64,000 bases of DNA from assembly GCF_001194135.2 (NCBI RefSeq), contig NC_068997.1, positions 49,897,796 through 49,961,795 of the forward strand, given 5' to 3'. Under the pieces are notes generated by a model. The model was given only the letters and a program-made list of their open reading frames with translations. It was not told where the DNA came from and did no database searches. The number at the start of each line of letters is the position of its first letter. The first letter of the stretch is position 1. Of this stretch, positions 24,512-33,830 are shown one piece after another. This stretch comes from Octopus bimaculoides (Eukaryota). The position numbers were made by a program, and so were the translations under genes.

Positions 24512-26765
24512 CCACATATATGTATGTGCATATCATCATCATCATCATTTAACATCCGTTGTCCATGCTGGCATGGGTTGGACAGTTTGACCAGGGCTGG
24601 TAAGCTGAGGTGCTGCACCAGACCCCCGTCTGATTTGGCATGGTTTCTAAAGCTGGATGTCCCTTCCTAATGCCAACCATTCTGAGAGTGTAGTGGGTGC
24701 TCTTATGGATATATATGTATGTGTATATATATGTGTGTGAATATGTATATGTGTGTGTGTGTGTGAATATGTATATATATATATAATCATGTAGAGAATG
24801 GAGAAACAAACACAGAAAAAAGCAGGTCAATTGCACTAGTTAACCATTAATTTAATCAATTAATTGATTAATTTAATGGCTAACTAGCGCAATCGACTTC
24901 CTTCTTCCTGTGTTTGTTTCTCCATTCTCCACTTGATTATGATTATAAACTGCGGTTTAACCGATAAATTACCTGCCTCTGGATACCTTCTAACAAAGAC
25001 GGTACCCACACAGGTAATCTCCAGGAGCGCCTTCGGACTTAATTATCCCCTGGTTGCTTGAACACTTCTAGCCTATCACTTGAATGTTTAAACAATCCTA
25101 ACTTATACCTATATATATCATCATCATCATCATCATCGTTTAACGTCCGCTTTCCATGCTAGCATGGGTTGGACGATTTGACTGAGGACTGGTGAAACCG
25201 GATGGCAACACCAGGCTCCAATCTAATTTGGCAGAGTTTCTACAGCTGGATGCCNNNNNNNNNNNNNNNNNNNNNNNNNNNNNNNNNNNNNNNNNNNNNN
25301 NNNNNNNNNNNNNNNNNNNNNNNNNNNNNNNNNNNNNNNNNNNNNNNNNNNNNNNNNNNNNNNNNNNNNNNNNNNNNNNNNNNNNNNNNNNNNNNNNNNN
25401 NNNNNNNNNNNNNNNNNNNNNNNNNNNNNNNNNNNNNNNNNNNNNNNNNNNNNNNNNNNNNNNNNNNNNNNNNNNNNNNNNNNNNNNNNNNNNNNNNNNN
25501 NNNNNNNNNNNNNNNNNNNNNNNNNNNNNNNNNNNNNNNNNNNNNNNNNNNNNNNNNNNNNNNNNNNNNNNNNNNNNNNNNNNNNNNNNNNNNNNNNNNN
25601 NNNNNNNNNNNNNNNNNNNNNNNNNNNNNNNNNNNNNNNNNNNNNNNNNNNNNNNNNNNNNNNNNNNNNNNNNNNNNNNNNNNNNNNNNNNNNNNNNNNN
25701 NNNNNNNNNNNNNNNNNNNNNNNNNNNNNNNNNNNNNNNNNNNNNNNNNNNNNNNNNNNNNNNNNNNNNNNNNNNNNNNNNNNNNNNNNNNNNNNNNNNN
25801 GAATCAATGAAGAGATGATGAGACCGGTATGTACTACATTGAAAGATGTTCAGAACAAGTTCCGGGCTCTTCTTCCTAAAGATGCCATCTTGTGTGGTCA
25901 CTCTCTTAACTTCGACTTGGACAGCTTAAAGGTGACACTTCTTTCTTAATATTTTTTTTTGTTTTCTCTTTTTTAATACAGTTCTATATTTATGAGATGA
26001 GGAATTATGTACATTATTTACATTATTTACATTTGATGGATATTTGTTCTCACTGTTATACACTGTTATACAAGCAGTGTCATCCATCATCATCATCATC
26101 GTTTAACGTCTGCTTTCCATGCTAGCATGGGTCGGACGATTTGACTGATGACTGGTGAACCAGATGGCTACACCAGGCTCCAATCTGATGTGGCAGAGTT
26201 TCTACAGCTAGATGCCCTTACTAACGCCAACCACTCCGAGAGTGTAGTGGGTGCTTTTACGTGCCACCCGCACGAAGGCCAGTCAGGCGGTACTGGCAAC
26301 GGCCACGCTTAAAATGGTGTATTTTATGTGCCACCCACACAAGAGCCAGTCCGGCATTCCAGTATTCAGTGAGAATATTGTCTGGCCATGGGGAAATATT
26401 ACCTTACTCGAAAACAGGTGAGGGTTTGTGACAGGAAGGGCATCTAACTGTAGAAAATCTGCCTCAGTAAATTCTATCTAACCCAGCCATGCAAGCATGG
26501 AAATGTAGACTTTAGATGACGATGATGATTATTGGACAGCTTGATAAACCTTTCCTTGCACCATTTTGGCTGATTGTGAAACCCCAATCTTGAAAGTCCG
26601 TTTCCATTTGTTTTCAACCACAGATGTTTCACCCTTACGTCATTGACACCAGCACAATTTACAATCTCTCTGGATTCAAATATCAAAAGAGCAAACTGAA
26701 GAAGCTGACCGAATATTTCCTTGGGTAAGGTCCTTCTCCACCATTTCAAGAACCAACATAATTAT

Positions 26766-26804
<39 letters not shown>

Positions 26805-29800
26805 CATCATCTCTGTCATCATCAACAGCAACAACATTAGTCATCATTATCGTTACTGTCATCATCATCATCATCATCATCATTGCTATCATAATCATCT
26901 TCATATTTTCTTTCTCTCCTCTTGCTATAAATTCTAAATAAATTACCATCTTCTGTCATGTATCTATTTCACATGACCCACACTGCCAACACCACACTTC
27001 TGCTTCTTCTTTTTCTTCTTGTCATCCTCCTCCTCCTTCTTCTTCTCATCGTCTTTCTTCTTCTTCTTCTTCTTCTTACTACTACTACTTCATTTTCTTA
27101 CTACTTCTTCTTTTCTTCTTCTTCTTCTTCTTCTTCTTACGACTACTACTACTTCTTCTTCTTACTACTGCTACTACTACTACTTCTTCTTCTTACTACC
27201 ACTACTACTACTACTACTACTACTTCTTCTTACTACTACTACTTACTACTACTACTTCTTACTACTACTACTACTTCTTACTACTACTACTACTACCACT
27301 ACTTCTTACTACTACTATTACAAACAGGAGTCATTTACGTGAATGTGTATGTGTTGGAATTTTTTTTTTCTTTGTTTAACGAGTGAGTGATGTTAAGAGG
27401 GATTAGACCAAATCCTTCATAGAGTTATTTGTTTGTTTGTTTGTTTATTTGTTTGTTTGTTTCTTTCTTCCTTAGTAAACAGATTCAGACTGGAGACAGT
27501 GGCCACAATTCAGTGGAAGATGCAACTGCCAGCCTGCAATTGGTGCAGTTAAAACTGAAAAACAGTAAGTCCTTTCAGTATTGTTGATGTCCTCCAGAAG
27601 TTGTTCTCCTGAACAATGAGCTACAACTGCATGCAAGAATGTCTGCTTCCTTGCCTGTTTATCCATTTACCTGTATGTCCGTTTACTTGTATATCTGATT
27701 ATCTGTTTATCTGTTTTCCTATATCCATTTACCTGTATATCTAATTACTTGTATATCTGATTACTTGTTTATCTGTTTACCTATATCTATTTACCTGTAT
27801 GGCTGTATATTTGTTTCCCAACAAGTGTCTCCAGCATTGTCTTATCTCTTACCTTGCTTCATTTTCCAGGTATTGAGTTTGGTGATGTGATTCTTGACAC
27901 AAATTTGACAATACACAAAACGGAAGCATGTAATAACTCCACTCCAGTTCACAAAGAATCTTCCAGTCCAAACACAAAACAAACAAAAGAGGAAGGTGTG
28001 GCCGTTGATGACAATCGGAAGTTCTTTGTTAACATGAGTGACTCAGCGACACATCGCAGTTTCTTTGATCTACTCAATGAACATCAGAAGAAATGTAAGT
28101 AAAAACTCCTCAGTTTGTCTTGGAGGAGGAAAAATCCTCTCAAACCTATTGAGTCAAGTACATCAACATCGAAATAAAAATCAAATGGAAATTGTAGTTG
28201 TGATATCTGTGCCGGTGGCACGTAAAAAGCACCATCCTAACGTGGCCTATGCCAGTGCTGCCTTGACTGGCTTCTGTGCCGGTGGCACGTAAAAAGTGCC
28301 AACCGATCGTGGCCGTTGCCAGCCTCCTCTGGCCCCTGTGCTGGTGGCATGTAAAAAGCACCCACTACACTCTCGGAGTGGTTGGTGTTTGGAAGGGCAT
28401 CCAGCTGTAGAAACACTGCCAGATCAGACTGGAGCCTGGTGCAGCCTCCAGGCTTCCCAGACCCCGGTCGAACCGTCCAACCCATGCCAGCATGGAAAAC
28501 GGACGTTAAACGATGATGATGATATACATATATGTATATATATATGACAAGCTTCTTTCAGTTTCTGTCTACTCAGAAGGCTTTGGTCGGCCCAAAGCTA
28601 TAGTAGAAGACACTTGCCCAAGCTGCCACGCAGTGGGACTGAACTCGGAACCATGTGGTTGGTAAGCAAGCTACTTACCACACAGCCATTCCTGTACCTG
28701 TTTGTTTTCTTTCATATCACAGTAAAGTTAGAAAACGTCCGACTGCCTTGCTGTAATTCTGAACTTGTTTCTCTCTTTCAGCTCTGGTGATTGATGCGAG
28801 ATCTGTGATTGACATGTATTCAGGAGAACCTGGTCAAAGGATAAGCCATGGTTCTGATGAAGAAATTGTCAGCACTGCCCAACAGAAACTCTATGACAAC
28901 GACTTCATGTGGCTCCAGTTGAATTCCTTCCACAATCTTCTCCAAACCAACACAGACAGCAAAGAGGCAGACATTCAGGTAAGCAAAACACAACTCCTAC
29001 CGCTCTGCCATTATTCTTCCTCCTCCTCCTCCTCCCTTTCCTTTTCCATTCAATCCTCTGACCCTCTTATCTTTATCCTCTCTCTCCTCCTCCTTCTCAT
29101 CCCTCTTCCCTCTCATCCTCCTCAACCCCCCCATTCCCTCCACATCCTGCTCCTGGTTCACTGGTTCCACTTCACTGAAGTAAATCATCCAGCTGTAACA
29201 CACCCCACCCCACCCAAAAACAAACAAACAAACACCTGTTCTATATTTAAGAGATGAATTATTTACATTATTTACATTAATGGATATTTGTCCTCATCTT
29301 ATTTGTTGTTAACACAACGTTTCGGCTGATATAACCTTCAGCCTTCATCAGGTGTCTTGGGGAAATTTCGAACCTGGGTTCTCATTCCTAAGGTATTTTT
29401 CGATATTATTATTATTATTATTATTGTTATTGTTCAGGTCACTGCTTGGAATCGAACTCAGTTGGGGTTAGTAGCCTGCGCTCTTAACCACTACGCCATA
29501 TGCCCGTGGGCAATTATAGAGTGAATTTTAGGGCTTAAAATAATGTAAATAATGTAAACAAACACCTCTAACAAAATAAAATTTAAGATCTACTTACTTT
29601 CTACTCACCATTAGTTTGACTGAGTCCAGGTCAGGTGGCTTGATGATGATGATGATAACAAACTTTTATTCAGAGGCCTTTCCTGATCTCTTGGATACCA
29701 CTTGGCAGTTGCAAGGGTCCACTTGTTGTCTGTGAACCTTGCGACATGTCTGGTCCAGCGGGACTTGCGCTTTTGATATTTTACTATCACATCATTCACT

Positions 29801-32369
29801 CTGCTCCATTCTTAAATTATTTCATTTCAAATTTGCTTTTGTGATGTTATTCCTAGCTTGGAATGTCATCATCATCATCATCATCATAATCATCGTCGTC
29901 GTCGTTTAATGTCTGCTTTCCATGCTGGCATGGGTTGGATGGTTTCACTGAGGGCTGGCAAGCCAGGAGGCTGCACCAGGCTCCAATCTGATCTGGCAAG
30001 GTTTCTACAGTTGGATGCCCTTCCTAATGCCAACCACTCTGAGAGTGTAGTGGGTGCTTTTTACATGCCCCCGGCACAAGGGCCAGTCAGGTGGTACTGG
30101 CATCGACCACACTTGAATGGTGCTTTTTATGTGCCACCAACGCAAGAGTCAGTCAGGTGGCACTATCATCATCATCATCATCAACATTTAGCATTTGCTT
30201 TCTATGCTGGCATGTGTTAGATGGTTTGACTAAAACTGGAAAGCCACACAGCTGCACTGAGCTCCAGTCTGATTTGACAGGGTTTCTACAGCAGGATGCA
30301 CTTCTTAACATTAGTATTTTAAAAGTCAAAACAATGCAAGTTATAAATGATTAATACTGCAGGTTGATGGTTTGTGCTATTTCCTGGCATTTCAGTATCT
30401 CAGAGTTAGGACTCCTCCTTCAGGAAATTTCCAGGGAAAAGGTGTTGATAGCTGATAGAGTCATCACCTATTGACACCTTTTCTAAATTTCCTGAAGAAG
30501 GTGTCCCAACCCCGAAATATTGGAATACCAGGTCTAGTAATTAGTGTGTGTGAGAGAGAAAGACAGACAGACAGACAGAGAAGACACATGGTTTAGTGGA
30601 TAGGGTGCTGCATTTATGGTCTAAAGATTAAAGTTTCAACAAAGAGTGACATCATCAGTCACCCTCTGAAATGTTTATGTAGTGTTATGGAGGCTAAATG
30701 ACATGCACATGAACTCGGGGGGGTCTAAAGGGTGTTTCTGATTGCCATCTGGGTTGACTGGAATCTGATGGTACATGGGGTTAAGATCTGTCTTGGGAAG
30801 GAAAAAAGAAAAATGCTGTAAACATGGTTGGTATTGTGGGAAACATGTGGGGAGGTGTTGATATTGAGTAAATCATCTGATGTCTTCTTGGGAACCACAT
30901 GTAAGGGAGACAACTCCGATGCATCATGTAGGAATTATGTTGATCTCGTGTATGTAGTTGAACACTGATTTAGCCTACATGTAAACGATCTGGGACAAAG
31001 TGTCATGGTCTGATTGGTTCTTGGGCTTATTGTGCCTTAACGTGATGGTGTAAACCTGTGTGTTACTTCTCTGTTGCTGTAATCTGCTACAATGTTTAAG
31101 GACTCCGATGTCATACTTAAAGCTGACTTCGATAATACTGGGTGTTATTATGTGTCATTTTGATGAATAAATCTGCATGTTACTCCATTTGTGCAATACC
31201 TGAGTACTCCAGTATTATACCGAATTTGTGCAATGCTTGGGTACTCCAGTATTATACCAAAATGGTGCAATACCTGAGTACTCCAGTATTATACCAAATT
31301 TGTGCAATGCCTGAGTACTCCAGTATTATACCGAAATGGTGCAATACCTGAGTACTCCAGTATTATACCGAAATAGTGCAATACCTGAGTACTCCAGTAT
31401 TATACCAAATTTGTGCAATACCTGAGTACTCCAGTATTATACCGAAATGGTGCAATGCTTGGGTACTCCAGTATTATACTAAAATGGTACAATGCTTGGG
31501 TACTCTTGTATTATACCAAAATGGTGCAATGCCTGAGTACTCCTGTATCATACCGAAATGGTACAATGCTTGGGTACTCCTGTATTGTACTTAGATAACA
31601 CAGTGAGATATGGTGTTTTCGCTGTGAGAAGTAAATCTCCACTTTTGCTGTACACTGGTGCAGTAGTGAGATGGTAATTGTTTGTTGTGGCATTTGTTTC
31701 TGCTGCTGCTGAATAAATTAACCATTTCTATCAGTAACCATCCAACTATTGGTGTGATGGCATGGTATGTTGTGCTGTTTCTACTGAAACTAGTTAACCC
31801 TTCTTCTCAGCAACCACTCAGCCATTGGTGAAACGGTATCTTTTATCTTTTGTTGTTTCAGGCATCAGATTGTGACCATGCTGGAGCACCCAACTTGAAT
31901 TTTTATTTGAATGAATCAACCTCTTTTTTTTCTTTTTTTTTTTAACCCTTTAGTGTTTAAACCGGCCATATCTGGCCCAGATATTCTACATGTTTTATAT
32001 TCAAACTGTCCATATCTAGCCTCTCACACCTAACCTACATTGACGTTCTAAAAATAAACAATCACATCATTGAAACCTCAAAGCTATAAGATAATGCATG
32101 ATTAATTCAAAACAATTTGAGTGAAAAAGTATTACATTTAACAGAGTAATCTGAACAGTAAAGGGTTAAACCCGAAATCGTTTTATTTATCTATTTATTT
32201 ATGCATTTGTTTTCTCTTTCCCCAGAAATGCCTGCAGACGTTAGATTCCCATGTTGGTACACTGATGAAAACTATCTTCTCAAAAGCTCTGGTGACGCTA
32301 ATATTGACAGGTCGTGATAACGAGGACGAAGACTATCAGAATGGTATGACTTTAGTGAAGATTTCTTAA
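8231..32369 (+). CDS. REXO5: RNA exonuclease 5 (REXO5/NEF-sp)-like DEDDh 3'-5' exonuclease, 13 predicted coding exons
   Basis: Manual join, phase-consistent wherever both sides are sequenced: 8231-8407, 17661-17812, 18692-18818, 19938-20034, 21580-21806 (contains a gap), 23290-23375, 24261-24379, <25801-25931 (starts in a gap), 26624-26724, 27476-27564, 27870-28094, 28782-28978, 32226-32369. All visible junctions are GT-AG. Exonuclease motifs are SPIFGLDCEM, LTRVSLV, ILCGHSLNFDL, FHPYVIDTS and GHNSVEDA. The N-terminal ITDIQQLILNAVL...PRWC and QMARENYPLP blocks are REXO5-type. Confidence 0.9.
9497..9615 (+). pseudogene. Isolated SAP-domain coding segment, probably from a DNA transposon
   Basis: ATG at 9497 reads MDIKQLDDSAIEVLTVPELKKYLRLYGQYVTERKADLIER, matching the SAP consensus LTVxELKxxLxxxGxxxSGxKxxLIxRL. 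It is followed by GTATAA and then an assembly gap. Confidence 0.55.
10500..11660 (-). mobile_element. Degenerate Tc1/mariner-superfamily (DD37D/maT-like) transposon
   Basis: Frameshifted pieces HTKFPITVMVLGVVSNEGHVMPPYFFPQGLRFNSAAYIEVLE and PNSPNLNPLDFY..SIVEREVN. An N-terminal fragment of a similar family lies at about 59665-59897(-). Boundaries approximate. Confidence 0.75.
11690..12985 (+). mobile_element. 5'-truncated RTE-clade LINE fragment
   Basis: RT remnants WELLYAHDLA (YADD-like), GLMVNLAKTK, KGRLYDACIQTALLHGSETWALNAEDMQRLERN and RLRWFGHVMRM, followed by the (GAT)n-ending tail. Confidence 0.85.
16737..16782 (-). ncRNA. Degenerate second copy of the hammerhead motif
   Basis: GACAC-CUGAUGA-A-GGCUG...CAGCU-GAAA-U-GUU-GUGUU; differs from the 29311 copy partly by CpG-to-TpG changes in stems II and III. 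Confidence 0.55.
17661..17812 (+). CDS. REXO5: REXO5-like exon (NYPQINLK...ITDIQQLILNAVLKGDACMKPR)
   Basis: tgtgcag acceptor, GTAAAT donor, phase 0 to 2; joins the next exon to give the PR-WC motif. Confidence 0.85.
18296..18662 (+). mobile_element. HINE/Helentron-associated non-autonomous element
   Basis: 5' TT-ACCTCCACC ttcactaa GGTGGAGGT hairpin, gtttgtctgcc microsatellite-like block, ggattcagatgaaacttt core, and 3' ggcagaggt...gcactctatgagtg stem ending in TT. This is the typical HINE layout. Confidence 0.6.
18692..18818 (+). CDS. REXO5: REXO5-like exon (WCELKYSQLISSTFVIVLKSV...RDFNK)
   Basis: tttccag acceptor, GTTTGT donor; resembles the REXO5 WCQL...VVVFVL block. Confidence 0.85.
19938..20034 (+). 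CDS. REXO5: REXO5-like exon (ATEVISSAQFGISTECEFFKV...)
   Basis: ctttcag acceptor, GTACGT donor, open frame, phase 0 to 1. Confidence 0.65.
20914..21131. mobile_element. piggyBac-like MITE
   Basis: CCCTTTAGCATT...AATGCTAAAAGG inverted termini, TTAA at the right end (TCAA at the left); about 220 bp; same family as 31946-32165. Confidence 0.7.
21580..21806 (+). CDS. REXO5: REXO5-like exon spanning an assembly gap (...LQMARENYPLPIKSKW)
   Basis: After the gap the frame reads LQMARENYPLPIKSKW, followed by a phase-1 donor GTATGT at 21807 that joins GC-TTT at 23290. The start is placed at the poly-T/catttacag acceptor before the gap and is less certain. Confidence 0.75.
22207..22508. mobile_element. 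hAT (Charlie-type) MITE
   Basis: TIRs CAGGGGTTGGTGAAC / GTTTGCCAACCCCTG with an 8-bp TSD GTCTAGAG / GTCTAGTG. Confidence 0.8.
22972..23191. mobile_element. piggyBac-like MITE (second family)
   Basis: TTAA on both sides; termini CCTGTTCGTTAC / GTAACGAAAGAG form imperfect inverted repeats. Confidence 0.65.
23290..23375 (+). CDS. REXO5: REXO5-like exon, exonuclease motif I (FYDDYIFSKESYEKVTDKSPIFGLDCEM)
   Basis: ttctttag acceptor, GTGAGT donor, DxE catalytic motif. Confidence 0.93.
24261..24379 (+). CDS. REXO5: REXO5-like exon (CKTSDGVYSLTRVSLVNEKLETVYDTLVKPKHKIIDYLFR)
   Basis: ttttcag acceptor, GTAAGG donor; typical REX1-family LTRVSLV...LVKP...IIDY. Confidence 0.93.
24791..24932. repeat. 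142-bp loopless palindrome
   Basis: Two 71-bp arms centred on CAATT|AATTG (24861/24862); 62 of 71 positions are complementary. Confidence 0.9.
25801..25931 (+). CDS. REXO5: REXO5-like exon, 5' end in gap (INEEMM...TLKDVQ...ILCGHSLNFDLDSLK)
   Basis: Exonuclease motif II GHSLxxD; donor GTGACA at 25932. Confidence 0.92.
26624..26724 (+). CDS. REXO5: REXO5-like exon (MFHPYVIDTSTIY...KLKKLTEYFLG)
   Basis: caaccacag acceptor, GTAAGG donor, HPYVIDTS motif. Confidence 0.93.
27476..27564 (+). CDS. REXO5: REXO5-like exon, motif III (KQIQTGDSGHNSVEDATASLQLVQLKLKN)
   Basis: ttccttag acceptor, GTAAGT donor, H-x4-D motif of DEDDh nucleases. Confidence 0.93.
27870..28094 (+). CDS. REXO5: REXO5-like exon (IEFGDVILD...FFDLLNEHQKK)
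   Basis: ttttccag acceptor, GTAAGT donor, phase 1 to 1, open frame. Confidence 0.85.
28782..28978 (+). CDS. REXO5: REXO5-like exon (LVIDARSV...SDEEIV...FMWLQL...ADIQ)
   Basis: ctctttcag acceptor, GTAAGC donor, phase 1 to 0. Confidence 0.85.
29240..29560 (-). mobile_element. Small element with a tRNA-like Pol III head, (AAT)n linker and hammerhead-bearing Penelope-like tail
   Basis: A box TGGCGTAGTGG (29498-29488), B box GTTCGATTCC (29457-29448), hammerhead at 29356-29311, and inverted TTTACATTATTTACATT motifs near both ends. Partial copies at 16690-16860, 25981-26047 and 51715-51841. Confidence 0.7.
29311..29356 (-). ncRNA. Minimal type I hammerhead ribozyme motif (Penelope-type)
   Basis: The minus strand reads GACAC-CUGAUGA-A-GGCUGA-AGGUUAUA-UCAGCC-GAAA-C-GUU-GUGUU. 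Stem I is GACAC/GUGUU, stem II is 6 bp, the CUGANGA and GAAA cores are present, stem III is the palindrome AACGUU, and the cleavage triplet is GUU. Confidence 0.7.
30730..31150 (-). mobile_element. Highly degenerate Ty3/Gypsy pol fragment
   Basis: SPLHVVPKK motif (WASPLHMVPKK-like start of Gypsy RT) and upstream VPDRL in broken frames. Confidence 0.45.
31191..31590. repeat. 37-bp minisatellite, about 11 copies
   Basis: Head-to-tail unit GTGCAATACCTGAGTACTCCAGTATTATACCGAAATG with variants; no unique spacers. Confidence 0.9.
31946..32165. mobile_element. piggyBac-like MITE
   Basis: TTAA-CCCTTTA...TAAAGGG-TTAA; same internal sequence as 20914-21131. Confidence 0.75.
32226..32369 (+). CDS. REXO5: REXO5-like terminal coding exon (KCLQTLDSHVGTLM...NGMTLVKIS*)
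   Basis: tttcccag acceptor, 47 codons then TAA; resembles the conserved LD..VG.L...LV.VIL.G...NG...V C-terminus of the family. Confidence 0.85.
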   Translation, partial: KCLQTLDSHVGTLMKTIFSKALVTLILTGRDNEDEDYQNGMTLVKIS

Positions 32370-33271
32370 AGGTTTCTACAGAAAAGAACTGAGAAGGTGT
32401 GATCGACTGATCAACTCTTTCAGCTGATCTCCCTCACACTGCTGCTACTGCTGCTGCTGCTGCTGCTCTCTATATATTTATATAAAAAAAAAATCTACGA
32501 GGAACAACCATACACGCCTTGTTTTTATTTATTTGTTTATTCAAGTATGAGACGGCATGTGGCTTAGTGGCTTGGGTGTTTGACTCACGATTGTAATGTC
32601 GTGAGTTCGATCCCGGTGGTATGTTGTGCCCTTGAGCAAGACATTTTATCTTGCGTTGCTCCAGTGTACTCAGCTGGCAAAAAAATTAGTAGTACCAGTA
32701 TTTCAAGGGGCCAGCCTTGTCACATTCTATGCCACCCTGAATTCTCTTGAGCAGTATGATAAGGGAACACATATCTGTGGAGTACTCAGCCACTTGTGCA
32801 TGTTAACTTCACGAGCAGGCTGATCCATTGCTCAGATCATCTGAAACCCTCACCATCGTAACCGACGGAGAGCAAGGCCATTCGTGAATCCATCTTTTAT
32901 CTTGTACTTGTTTCAGTCATTGGACAGCAGCCATGCTGAGGTACCACCTTGAAGAATTTTGTCAAACAAATTGCCAGTCCCCCCACACCTCCCTTTATTC
33001 TTATTTTTAAACCTGACACTTATTCTATTGGTTTCTTTTGCCGAACTGGTAAGTTATAGGAATGTAAACGAACCAACACTGGATGTGCGGTGGTGGTAAG
33101 GGACAAACACAAGGATACACACACGTACATACATCAACCTAGTACACGCTGTGAAGTGGTTAGCATTAGGAAGGGCATCGTCCAGCTCCGGAAGCCTGGC
33201 TCAGTCCTGCTGGTCCTTGGGTCCCGTCAAACTGTCCAACCCATGCAAGCATGGGAAACAGACATTGAATA

Positions 33272-33542
33272 ATGATGATGATGGTGACGACAACAATGGT
33301 GGTGGTGGTGGTGGTGGTGGTAGTGATTGTAGTTGTAATAGCCACAATAGTGGTAACTGGTGGCAGTGGTAGTAATAATGGTAGTGGCTGTGGTAATAAT
33401 TGTGGTGGTGATGGTAGTTGTAGTAGTTGTAATTGTGGTTGTAGTGATAGTTATTGCAGTAGTGATGGTAATTGTAATGGTGGTAGTAGTAATGTTGGTG
33501 GTCGTAGTGGAAGAAGTAGTAGTAATGGTAGTAGTAATGGTG

Positions 33543-33574
<32 letters not shown>

Positions 33575-33830
33575 GGTAGTAGCGGTGGTGGTGGTAGTAG
33601 TAGTAGTAATGGTGGTAGTAGTAGTAGTAATGATGGTGGTGGTAGTAGGGGTAGTAGCGGTGGTGGTGGTAGTAGGGGTAGTAGTAATGGTGGTGGTGTT
33701 TGTAATAATGTCATGGTGGTGGTAGTTGTGGTTGTAGTAGGAATTGTTATGACATTAGTATTAGTACTACCTGTAGTGGTGGTAGTGGTGGTAGTTAAGT
33801 CTGGTTTAGGGAAACACCTTACAAGTGACA
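33272..33830. repeat. (GGT)n/(AGT)n/(GAT)n trinucleotide low-complexity tract
   Basis: Direct inspection; it generates spurious poly-G/S/V ORFs in all frames. Confidence 0.9.

Noticed and set aside
25030-25085. Second hammerhead next to the 24791 palindrome
   Set aside because: Only fragments (TGATAG, CCGAAGG) resemble the core; no intact CUGANGA/GAAA pair with closing stems.
29436-29505. tRNA gene (also the SINE heads at about 7900-7965, 23750-23820, 32550-32620)
   Set aside because: A and B boxes are present, but the acceptor and T stems do not pair properly and each continues into a repeat body; these are tRNA-derived heads, not tRNA genes.
29611-29799. 62-aa ORF (…SRWTRHVARFTDNKWT…WYPR) as a host gene
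   Set aside because: Matches the C-terminal W.GHVAR..DNRWT..W.PR motif of RTE-type LINEs; a small retroelement scrap.
31191-31590. 37-bp repeat with a palindromic core, superficially CRISPR-like in length
   Set aside because: Units are head-to-tail with no unique spacers, there are no cas genes, and the context is a eukaryotic intron.
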